From Octopus sinensis (taxonomy: Eukaryota): a stretch of 64,000 bases of DNA. The notes under the pieces were generated by a model. That model saw only the letters and a program-made list of their open reading frames with translations, made no database searches and was not told the origin of the DNA. Position 1 is the first letter of the stretch. Every line of letters starts with the position of its first letter. Location of the stretch: positions 41,168,001 to 41,232,000 of the forward strand of contig NC_043007.1 in the NCBI RefSeq assembly GCF_006345805.1. The letters are read 5' to 3'. The translations under genes and the position numbers were made by a program. Below, one piece after another: positions 1 through 48,620 of the stretch.

Positions 1-476
1 AAAAAAAAACAGCCAACACCGAACAAAAAACATTTGGGGCTCACACCCCACAAAAATTGCCTTTAAACAGTTCAAGAATAATAATTTCCCCTCGCGTGGG
101 AATTCAAAACAAGTCGCTTTTAAAAAGCAATAAACATTTACAGACGTTCCAAAAGCACTCACCACAATATCAAACAAGAAACAAACAACCCACAAGTAAA
201 TAATCCTCAACAAGACTCTAGCGAGAGTAAGCTAATTGATTTTCTATTGTCCACAAGGGACCAACATAGATGGGGCAACACAATGAATGTGGGGAAATAA
301 TCGGATGGGGATGAGTAATAAATAATAATAATATAATCAATAAATAATAAAATACTATAATATGAATAAATGTCATAATAATGAAAGGTGGAATTTCGCC
401 AATCGACCCCCCGTTCGATTGGCTTCATTTAACTTTTCGATTTTACAATTTTTCTTTTCCAAAGAATTTTTCTTTT

Positions 477-1230
477 TTAAAACATATTTCCAACGTCTAT
501 TCCGTAGTGATACAATTTGACATGACTTACGTATGACGGAAATTCAGTTATATCCAGTTTCACCATGGCACATCTTATATCATCCTTGTAATCTTGTAGC
601 TGCTCCACATGCCTGGGGTTTGTCATGATACATGCCCAAGACCTTGGAAGTAGGTCACAGTAAAAAGTGTTGACCCACTTCACATTACTCCACTTATCCA
701 CATCGTTTCTTGTTTTCCGTATTGAACAAAACAAAACAGGTATTATTTGTTTCCAGGGTCGAGGCAGTTTGGGGTTCTAGGGTGTGTGTGTGCATTTCTT
801 TATTGTCAACTGGGGAAAGGAGAGGATCGGTGAGTGCAGGGAAAGGGTGAGGCAAAGAAGGTTTGGGTGGGAGTTTGGTGGGGCCAGTTTCATCGTTTAC
901 TTTTTGGTTTCTTCTACGCTTTTTTCCTTTTCCCTACCGTTTTCCATTCTTCACCTTCAACCTTCTTGTTGACTTCTGCTGGCAGCGGAGGTGTAACGTC
1001 CGAGCTTTTGCGATTATCTGCAGGTGGGGGGGCAGTTTCCCCTAATGTAGCCCTTTTGGCCACATTTGTAGCAACGTGGGACCCTGCTTTCCGCTTCCAC
1101 CTTTAATATAACGTCCTCTATGTTCAGCAATCTTTTTAAACTTGTCAGTGAATAAATTACATGGATGTAAATTATTTTGCTTTCTAATTAATGAAGACGG
1201 AGGTCTTTATTAATGCCATCTGTGATCATT
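477..1230 (-). mobile_element. Decayed gag/ORF1-like fragment of a retroelement with a zinc knuckle
   Basis: Minus-strand translation RVPRCYKCGQKGYIRGNCPPP (C-x2-C-x4-H/Y-x4-C at 1073-1032), then EWKTVGKRKK and a stop. Confidence 0.5.
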
Positions 1231-1330
1231 AAATTAAAAATAAAGAAAAAGCTTGTGTTCAGTTCCACTGCATGGCACCTTGGACAAATGTCTTCTTCTA
1301 TAACCTTGTGAGCAGATTTGGTAGACAATA

Positions 1331-1841
1331 TCTATATTTATAAAAAGCAAGATGTGTGTGTGTGTGTGTGTGTGCGTGTGTACGTGAATGTACTTTAATG
1401 CACATCCACAAATTAGCACGCATGTCGCTCAATTTTAGGAGAACATTGGTCACGACCATGGCTGTGCTTTTGTCAACTTATTTTTTCTGATAGTGGTAAA
1501 AATAACTTTCCAACCATAACTTTTACCAATTTTCACGTCAGTGAAATCAGTAAGTTTGCTAACATGAGTTAAGTCCCCTGTCTAATAGATTAATTCACCC
1601 TACTACAATGTCTCCGAAAAAAATTACATTTGGACTACCTAAGCAATCTCTGCGTAGGAAAAGAGAAAGAGCTGAAGATACTGACTATTAGAAATCCCGT
1701 TAGTAAAATATAACTTTTGGGGCCGAAACCTGGCAATAAGTGCTAGCGGATAATCCGCTACAAAACATTCGATTAAAGCAGTATCTTTCATAAATCAGAG
1801 TATAATTTCTGAAGCCAGTCAACAACGGGTATTTCTGCTAG
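1331..1841 (+). mobile_element. Non-autonomous Helitron
   Basis: A|TCTATATTTATAAAA 5' end and ...GGGTATTTCTGCTAG|T 3' end, no TSD. Confidence 0.6.
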
Positions 1842-2642
1842 TATGCAATATATGTCAGTTTGAGAACTAAGTTGATAACTCCAGTTGAAAGATCATCATT
1901 TGCCCTAGGCAATGAAGGTAAACCTTCCTGTAGTTAAAAATAGCAGCCAAACCTCCCTCAAATTGGATTAACCCTACTGTTTTTAATCCTCTGAACATGA
2001 AAATAGTAAATATATCAACTCAAAATTTTATCACTATTAACTGCAGAAAGCAGTTTTACCTCATGGCTTTAAAAAAAAACCTTTTATGAAGTGAGAAGCA
2101 GAGACTCCCACCCCTTCACTAGTGAAACTTATTACAAAAGTCAATATTTCAGATTTTCTTAGGTGTTCCAGCATGGCCACAGTCAAATGGCTGAAACAAG
2201 TAAAAGAGTATCTCTTTGCAGAACAAGAATCAAATGGTTTCAGAAGCAACACACATTAATTACACTCTCAGTGGTTGGTGTTAGGAAAGGCATCCAGCCA
2301 GCCAAATCAGACTGGAGTCTGTTGCAGCCTTCTAGCATGCTAGCCCAGTCAAACCATCCAACTCATGCCAGCATGGACAACTGATGTTAAGTGATAATGA
2401 TGAATTAGCTCCATTATAGGAATGACCAACAAATTTAATTAAACAGTGCAAAGGTTAAATAAAGGAAGGACACATCAGATAATTTAGTCCTAGATATACT
2501 AAGACCGAAAATAAATATAAGGTAATGCTTCTGTTTACAATACTATAGGAACTGATCTGACCTGGGACTAAGCAACAATACTGCAAATGGAGAAACAAAA
2601 TAAATAAGGAAATAGAAAAAAATAAATTTTAAAAACTCAATT

Positions 2643-2648
2643 TTTATT
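2643..2648 (-). terminator. Candidate POLD1 polyadenylation signal AATAAA
   Basis: AATAAA on the minus strand ~970 nt after the stop, followed by U-rich sequence. A second AATAAA lies near 2723-2728. Confidence 0.4.
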
Positions 2649-3494
2649 TCACATATTTTTAAGAATTAAAAATAAAATTTGGTTCTTTCTTTTTATAAAA
2701 ATCACAACTCTGAAAAGTTAAGTTTATTTACAAAAACAATATATTTTCATATTTTAAATTATTTTACAAATACCAAATGGTGATGATGGCTGATTGTGAA
2801 CACACATACAGACATATATTATGCAAGAGAGAAGTAATGAAATGCAAATACCGATGAGTAACAGTAACCTAGAAATGTTTTAACAAAATAAAGCAAGTGA
2901 TGATATGATCTTTGACCCTGTTAGTTTCCATGTTTTGTTTTTCACTGTGTGAGTGTGGTAACTATGATTGCAAAGCCATAGCTAAAGGTTTCTTACAGTC
3001 AACTTTGTCTGATTTTAAGGCATTTGTCAACACATTTCAAGGCATGTCAACACATTTCAAGGCATTTGTTAATACATTTGACTAGACAAGGCTTGGCTAT
3101 GGAGCTCTGAGATCCAACACATGACATCAAAATATATTAGAGATACATTTTGACATGCACAGCTGTTCCCAGGTTCTTTGTTGATAGGTTTCTCAATTGG
3201 TATGTCGATCAGTTGAGAAAAACTGAACGACCCAAAATACTAATACTCTGAAGTTGATGCTTTCTTAAAGGAAAGCTCTAAATTTGAACAACCTATAAAA
3301 ATTAATTGCTCTGACAAAAATAGCATTCATTTTTTAAGTTGTCCAACTTTTTTCAACTTTTTCACCTAATCAACAGACTAATTGAGAAACAAGCAGTAAT
3401 GAACCTGTGATGACTACTGGAAACAGCTGTAAGCCAAATTTACATATTTTATCGTTTCTTGGAAAAATACGTAATGACCATTATTTACACCTTG

Positions 3495-3535
<41 letters not shown>

Positions 3536-3618
3536 TGAAAAGCAAACAATGAAAAGGTAGAACATAAATCAGATGAGTATTTAGATAACTGTATAAATGC
3601 CTAGAGCTCACTGAGAAG

Positions 3619-41182
<37,564 letters not shown>

Positions 41183-41291
41183 CTTTTTCTTGTATGACTG
41201 AAATAATACAAGGAACATCATTAGATTAATGTCTATTTTTCCATGCTTACATAGGTCAATAAAAATTTTTATTAAGGCAGAATTTTCTATG

Positions 41292-41440
41292 CTCATGTCA
41301 ATGCCTAGGTCACGCACTGATTTTGACTCAGGGATTGCAATTCTTCCTGGGCCAGTATATCCAGTCTGCACGTCGTTTACCTTTGTGTGCCTATTTCCAG
41401 ACACTCCAGCACTCTTTATGCGACATGTGTGGGCCTGAAC
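41292..41440 (-). mobile_element. CR1-like LINE RT fragment
   Basis: Peptide YTGPGRIAIPESKSVRDLGIDMS with the RDLG motif. Confidence 0.5.
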
Positions 41441-41489
41441 CCTCCCGTTAAATAGATTATTGGAATGACAGCTACCATAACCAGACCTG

Positions 41490-41790
41490 TGGAGGCACAT
41501 GGCCTAGTGGTTAGAGCAGCGGACTCGCGGTCGAGGGATCGCGGGTTCGAATCTCAGACCGGGCAATGTGTGTGTTTATGAGTGAAACACATAAGCTCCC
41601 CGCGGCTCCAGAAGAAGATAATGGCAAACTTCTGCTGACTCTTTCACCACAACTTTCTCTCACTCTTTCCTCCTGCATCTTGCAGCTCATCTGCGATGGA
41701 CCAGTGTCCCATCCAGATGGGGAACCTATACACCAATGAAACCGAGAAACCGGCCCTTACAAGCCAGGCATGGCTCAAGAAGGAACAAAG
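41490..41790 (+). mobile_element. tRNA-derived SINE, family C (related copies ~10833-11090, 31108-31410, 46259-46640, 58920-59233)
   Basis: tRNA-like head TGGCCTAGTGGTTAGAGCAGCGGACTCGCGG...GGTTCGAATC (A and B boxes) followed by a non-tRNA body. Confidence 0.75.
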
Positions 41791-42913
41791 AAATGACCAA
41801 ACCTGGGATGAATATTAAAGTAGTTTCCCATTGACTTCTCCAAACAGATGGGAACTGAACTCAGAAAGTAGAGAGCCAGAAGACATACCATAAAGCATCT
41901 CTGACGATGTGCCAACGATCCTGCCATTTTCCCACTCACAGAATGTGAAACAAAAATTTTTGCTCAAGAACACAATGTGCCACCCAGTACAGGAATTGAA
42001 TCCACAATCTAGTGATCATAAGGGCAACACCCGAACCACTAGGCCACAGAAACATCCCAAAACTTTTGATAGGAAGCCTAACGAAGACGATGGTTCTGAA
42101 ATGATATTTACCATAAGATTTATATATATATAAATCACTTTCTTATTTCTACTCTTCTAACATATAAATTAAATACGAAAATTTGAAAAAAGACCTGCTA
42201 TTATTTAAAAAATTTCAAGTGACATTCCTATTATGGCATTATCAGAGTAGCCTCCCTTGTGGTGGACAAATGAACGAGTTCCAAGGGTTGCTTAGCTCTA
42301 GGTCACTATCAACAGAGTAGACCTACAGTTATCCTAGCAGTGTCCATCCCGTCTTTTCCTTGTAACGTTTACTTTGGACCATAATAAAGTCTTCTCATAG
42401 AAACATTTGCTGGAGTTGGATGTCTGTCGTTTTGTTATTCCTAACAAGTTCCGGTATACACCCATCTTGATAGACGAGTGTTATAGTAGGAATTTATACG
42501 GAAAGTGAATGGAGTTGGTGAAGAAAGGAGCAAAAATGTAGATAATCAAATTAAGGGGACAAAAGATTCTTTCACAGAAGAAAGCAACCACTTAATTTTT
42601 GTTCTTTTCTTTCACCGTAAAGTAGGGATATCTAATCTGAAAATTGATATATCTATGCAAGTGTACCCCTACCTTACTTTGTTTTCTTGTAACTTCGAGA
42701 AAAAAAATGGATATTTTTACATGAAATTTTCAAACGCTACTCTGCAAATGGTGTAGATTACGATTAGATCAGAATTTGTCCTGAAATTTTATATGTTTGT
42801 TTTTTTTCCCGAAGGTGAGAGTGGTGTTTCGGAAAATTCACGAGTCCGTTTTGTTTCCTCATAACTTGCAGAAAAATGGGTAGCGTATTTTTTTACGGAA
42901 TTTTCTACAAATA

Positions 42914-43319
42914 GGCGTAGAAGTGGCTGTGTGGTAAGTAGCTTGCTTACCAACCACATGGTTCCGGGTTCAGTCCCACTGCGTGGCACCTCAGGCAAGT
43001 GTCTTCTACTATAGCCTCGGGCCGACCAAAGCCCTGAGTGGATTTGGTCGGCGGAAACTGAAAGAAGCCCGTCGTATATATGTATATACATATCTGTATG
43101 TATGTGCGTATATATGTTTATGCGTCTGCGTTTGTCCCCTCAAGATCGCTTGACAACCCATGCTGGTGTGTTTACGTCCCCGTAACTTAGCGTTTCGGCA
43201 ACAGAGACCGATAGAATAAGTACTAGGCTTACAAAGAATACGTCCTGGGGTCGATTTGCTCGACTAAAGGCAGTGCTCCAACATGGCCACAGTCAAATGA
43301 CTGAAACAAGTAAAAGAGT
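42914..43319 (+). mobile_element. Full-length tRNA-derived SINE, family A
   Basis: Head GTGGCTGTGTGGTAAG...GGTTCAGTCCC, central (TA/TG)n, tail GACTGAAACAAGTAAAAGAG. Many partial copies across the window. Confidence 0.85.
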
Positions 43320-44814
43320 CAATACCTTTCAGATGGTGTAGATTACGGTTATATCGGAATTTAATATTATAAAAGGAAATTGGAGGAATGCAAACAAACA
43401 TACTGACACACATCACATGTATCAACAAAATGAAACTTGAAATTTCGGGAAAGATTGCCGAGAAAAAGTTTACCCATGTTCTTTCTCCGGGTTATTTCTT
43501 AGCATCAATCTACGATGGCATTGACGAAGTTAATCGAATACGTGACATATGGTCGTAAACAAAAATCGTATCGAATTTGCTTTAGTGCACACACTTTAAG
43601 CCCAGACGTATCATATATTCAATAGGACAGCAAGGCAATCCTTCGATATATATTTATGCGACAGTTTGTGTTTTCTTGTTTTTCCCTCTAAAAAAATTGG
43701 TCCGCCAGCGCGCATTTTTTTGTTTGTTTTTTTTTTTTCATATTTGTTTACTACATGTTGTTTTACACCTATTAAACTATACTTTTGTGATCGGGTGTCG
43801 ACGTGACGATACTGAATCGTTTGAGTTATCCGAGTCCCCACCCCACGTCACAAAAATTGAAAAAAGAAAGTGTACCAGGTGTAAAATGTATAGTAAACAA
43901 ATATGAAGAAAAAAATATTCCGAGTCCTCTCCCGTCCCCCCGTTCGACAGCGCACATTTTTTTTCATATTCGCTTATTACATGTTGTTTTACACCTATTG
44001 CATAATTATTATTTTTTTTTGTGGGGTAGGTGATTTTGGTAGTTTTTTTTGCTCGGATCAAACACTAGAGTTTGACCAAAAAATTACAGGGTGGTCATTG
44101 TTCGTAATTTATAAATGCCTTTCTTCATTTAGTCGTATCAAAGAGGCCGATGAAAAAAAATATATATGTGAAATACCGAGAACTAAAGGAAGAATTCCCA
44201 GCTGTTATTTCCAGAATGTCGATCGATCGCAAGAAGGTTTAATGGTTGCTTGGAGCTGAAACTAATTGTCTACTCCAAGCCACCTCTGAGTGAACAAGCT
44301 AATAAAGTGTCGTGTAAGAGCTCCTTCGTTAGCTATGTAACGTTAAGTTAGGGAACCCTACTCGCCTATGACGAAACTAAACTTTTGTGAAGTTAAAAAA
44401 AGTCAAGCCTGAGAATATATACAAACACTAGTTCTTTGAGGTTATAAGGTTACATAAGCAGTTAAAATAATTTATTTTTTTAACAATGATTGTCAACATG
44501 GAATATTCGGAAAGTCTCGCCGAATATTCTAGTCAAGTACTGATATTTTGTAAATAATTTCTATGTGCATAGTAACCGGGAGTTTAGTAAGAATCACCTA
44601 CGCATCTGTTGATTTTTTTATTTCCCTCGAAAAATAAACTTCGTAACCAACTCAAAAATCGAAAGTAAAATTTACTAAGTCATTTACGACACATAAATAC
44701 GTAAACAGCCTAGTAAATAAATTCATTTATATTTGTATTAAAACTGTAAATAGTTCGTATGGATGCAAATAAATCGTTTAAAAAATTTATCTTCAAAGAA
44801 GTGGAATTACTTAC

Positions 44815-44860
44815 CAGACCACAGATTTGACAAGATTACTTCGTAAATGGCGCGAAATTT
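44815..44860 (-). promoter_or_regulatory. Putative POLD1 core promoter and non-coding first exon with overlapping E2F and YY1 sites
   Basis: Minus strand reads TTTCGCGCCATTT (E2F TTTCGCGC at 44857-44850, YY1-like CGCCATTT at 44852-44845), followed ~30 nt later by a consensus donor G|GTAAGT at 44815/44814. The region 42.3-45.1 kb is visibly CpG-richer than its flanks. Confidence 0.55.
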
Positions 44861-45164
44861 TAACACTGATATTAACTCCCCTCTCTGACGGCGTAATATT
44901 AAGATAAGTTCCCTTGAAATTAGATGTCCGAGTAATCTTCATTCGTTAAATATTGAACGGGTTGGTTCCCTTAAAATTAGATACAAATCTATAAGTTGCA
45001 GTAAAAATAAATAAATAAACTGATACCCGAATGTTTTTAATATCGTTGGGAAATTAACCCAGTGAGGCCTTTCGGTTATTTGAAATAAATAAGTAACTTG
45101 TCTCGTTGTTATTTAATAATTCGTCAGGTTTTGCTCACATCACCATCCTAGATGTTTGTATATT

Positions 45165-47335
45165 TCTATATAATAATAAGTGATGTAAATGTAAGTTGGT
45201 TGATTGATTTCTCCAGTTACTTTACGTCATATGGAGAGACACGGAATAGGGACTAAAAGTGAGATATAAAGACAGTTTATATGAATTAAAGTCAATAGAG
45301 GAACAAGCAGCGGTAAGGAGCTGGTAAAGATGATAAAAGCCAAGTAGTGAATAGATGCCAAGTACATAACACATGCTCACACACACACACACATGGAGAC
45401 AATAACTACAGTTTCAGAACCAGTAGATTTAGATATGCATGTGTGTGTATGTATATAAAGTATGCAGTTCAGCAACTAAACCAAGATATCAATATTCAGT
45501 TCTCTGAAATCAAGGATCAAGTTTTAGCCATGGGAGGCAAAAATTTGCAAGAGTCTGGCTCTGGACTGCCAAAAACAAACCATCAAATTAGTGATTTAAC
45601 TTCAAGAGACATAGCAAGAGAGACAAATTATGACATCACAGACTTGGCTGCATTTATGAATGAACATGAATCTAAACTTCTTCCAGAACAATGTTGTACA
45701 TATGATAAAATTATCTCATCAGTCAGAGAAAAAAGCAGAGGAGCTTTCTTTTTTGATGCCCCTGGTGGTACAGGTAAAACATTTGTAACAACATTGCTTC
45801 TCTTTAAGGTAAGGCAACAAAAAAGAATTGCAGTTGCTGTAGCATTATCTAGCATTGCTGCCACCCTTCTCCCAGGAGGATGAACAGGTCGTTCTGCTTT
45901 TAAATTACTGCTAAACCCGGTGGTCACAAATGACAGTCCAGTTTGTTACATAAACAAAGGTTCAGGTTCTGCAGAAGTGTTGCACCAATGCCACCTGATC
46001 ATTTGGGATGAATACACCATGTCACATAGAGGTGCAATGAAAGCTATTGGTAAAACTTTACAGGACATAAGAGGCAACAATAAATCTATGGGAGGAGTTA
46101 CATTAGTTTCATCAGGAGACTTCAGGCAGACATTACCAGTCATTCCGTGATGAACAAGATCTGATGAAATAAAAGCATGCATTAAGCCTCCACACTTATG
46201 GAATAAAGTACAGAAATTTTCTTTCAATACTAACATGTGAGCTTTATTGCATGGAGGTGGAGGTACAATGGTCCAGTGGTTAGGGCAGCAGGCTCACAGT
46301 CAAAGGATCATGGTTTCAATTCCCAGACCAGGTGTTGTGAGTGTTTATTGAGTGAAAACACCTAAAGCTCCACAAGGTTCCAGTAGCGGGTGGTGGAAAA
46401 CCCTGCTGTACTCTTGCACCACAACTTTCTCTCATTCTTTCTTCCTGTTTCTGTTGTACCTGTATTTCAAAGGGCCAGCCTTGTCACACTCTGTGTCATG
46501 CTGAATCTCCCCGAGAACTACATTAAGGTTACACGTGTCTGTGAAGTGCTCAGCCACTTACACGTTAATTTCACAAGCAGGCTGTTCCGTTGATCGGATC
46601 AACTGGAACCTTTGTTGTCATAACCAACAGAGTGCCACAACTGTGAAAGATGACATCAATTTTGCTCATATTGCTATCATGGTGAATTCCCCAGCTGAAT
46701 TGAAGAATAGGGTATTTCCAGACTTAAGTAATAATTATAATTTATATAAATGGTTATGTGAAAGGGCTATTCTTGCTCCAAAAAATGAGACAGTAGCAAG
46801 GATTAACCATGAATTAATGAATAACATTCCAACAGTCATTAAGGAGTACAAATCAGTTGATTCAGTCCCTGATGAAAATTAAGCTGTCTATTACCCAGAG
46901 TTCCTTAATTCTCTTGAGGCACTTAGAACTCCTCCACAAACCTTTTCTGAAGGTAAGAGTCCCAATAATGCTTCTAAGAAATTTAGATCCTCTTAAATTA
47001 TGCAATGGGACAAGGTTGATTATGAAGACATTATCACCTGATGTGATAAAAGCTACCTATTTCTTTATTACCCACAAGGGGCTAAACACAGAGGGGGACA
47101 AACAAGGACAGACATAAGTATTAAGTCGATTACATCGACCCCAGTGTGTAACTGGTACTTAATTTATCGACCCTGAAAGGATGAAAGGCAAAGTCGACCT
47201 CGGCGGAATTTGAACTCACAACATAACGACAGACGAAATACGGCTACGCATTTCGCCCGGCGTGCTAACGTTTCTGCCAGCTCGCTGCCTTATGTGATAA
47301 AAGCTATGTGATAAAAGCTACCATCATCACTGGAT
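45165..47335 (+). mobile_element. Helitron relic with a Pif1-family helicase pseudogene, interrupted by two SINEs
   Basis: TCTATATAATAATAA 5' end. Motifs FFDAPGGTGKTF (Walker A), IIWDE, GDFRQTLPVIP, LCERAILAPKN, PIMLLRNLDP-LCNGTRL, with stops and frameshifts. Confidence 0.88.
47057..47290 (-). mobile_element. SINE family B with a TSD inside the Helitron helicase
   Basis: Flanked by duplicated ATGTGATAAAAGCTA. Other copies at ~20122-20340, 32565-32777 and 50445-50583. Confidence 0.8.
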
Positions 47336-48412
47336 GATGGTAGCTTCTATCACATCAAGGTCAGACTTTGAAATCTACTGGCTTGCACTCACTTAAATGA
47401 GCCTGTATGTTCCAATTTGATTTAGCATGGTTTCTACAGCTGAATGTCCTTCTTAACACTAACCACCCAAAGAGTGTAATGGGTGCTTTTTATATTCCAC
47501 CAGCATGGGTGCCAGTTACAAAATACTGGCAGCAACCATGACTATGATCTTACTTGGCTTGACAGGTCTTCTCAAGCATGGTGTATTGCTAAAGGATTCA
47601 GTCACTTGTCACTGCCTCCATGAGGCCCAAAGTTCAAAGGGTGCTTTTTATGTGCCACCAGCATGGGTACCTATTATGTGGCACTGGCATTAACTCCAGA
47701 TAACGAATATGTTTGTTTTAGCAAACATTTTCAATAGCAAAATATAATATTTTGATTTCTCAAAAGATACAAATTTTTACTTCTTGAGATAAAACTTGGC
47801 TCAGAACATCAGAACTTTCTTGCTCCAAAGGTACAAGAAATTATTAAAATGTTAATTATTATTATTTTTTTTTGTTTTTTGTAATATTGTGGAGTGGGTG
47901 CAAGGTATAGTTAAATAAGGTTGATTTACAACCTTAATATGGGTTGTACTTCTCATAACTATCACTATATTGAAAAACCATATTTGTTCATACATGCGTA
48001 TGTATGTATATATGCAAGTGATAGTTAATACTTTATCTCATGCATAAGATAGAAATATTTTTTCAGTTAATATTGTTATATGGCATATGTACATACAGTG
48101 GTGGGCATGGTTCCACTAATCCTTTAACAGCTAATTAGCGAAGCTAACTTTTTGTTTAGTGGATTAGCATTTTAACTAACTTTGGAAACTGTTAGCAGAC
48201 CAATTAGCTTCTGCTAAATTTAGTTCTGCTAACTTAAATCCACTAACAAAATTCATACATGCATTCCTGTCTGTTGCGAGCATATCTCAAAGAGTCCACC
48301 AGGCATGCTATTGGCTGACTACGTGTACACATGATGAGATGCATTCCACTGAATTTAGGTAAATAATCCTTCGAACAGACAGTCAGTAGCGATGCCTGCT
48401 AGGTTCGGCTGC

Positions 48413-48455
48413 TCTGCATTGATAAGGGGCAAATACCCTGAAACTAGTCTGCAGA
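48413..48455 (+). ncRNA. Degenerate type I hammerhead motif
   Basis: TCTGCA-TTGATAA-GGGG...CCCT-GAAA-CTAG-TC-TGCAGA: perfect stem I, palindromic stem III, GUC site, two transitions in CUGAUGA. Confidence 0.5.
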
Positions 48456-48620
48456 TGCCTGACCAGCAAGGGCAAGCAGCTGACCTCCCCTGGTCAAAGG
48501 TTATAATGGACACAAGTTCGTGTCACATAGCTAGCTAGAGGCAATGGCCTCTTGGAGCTAACCAACGGCAGCATTCATCCTATATTTCTGGACTGCCATA
48601 TTAGCTTGGCGATAACTATT

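Noticed and set aside
41198-41500. Extended N-terminus of POLD1 suggested by ORF 41117..41500
   Set aside because: The upstream part is a CR1-like fragment plus intron in frame by chance; a clear acceptor sits at 41198.
41490-41565. tRNA gene-like sequence (also ~10835, 31108, 46259, 59160-59233)
   Set aside because: tRNA-like A/B boxes run into a shared non-tRNA body without a clean acceptor stem; these are SINE heads.
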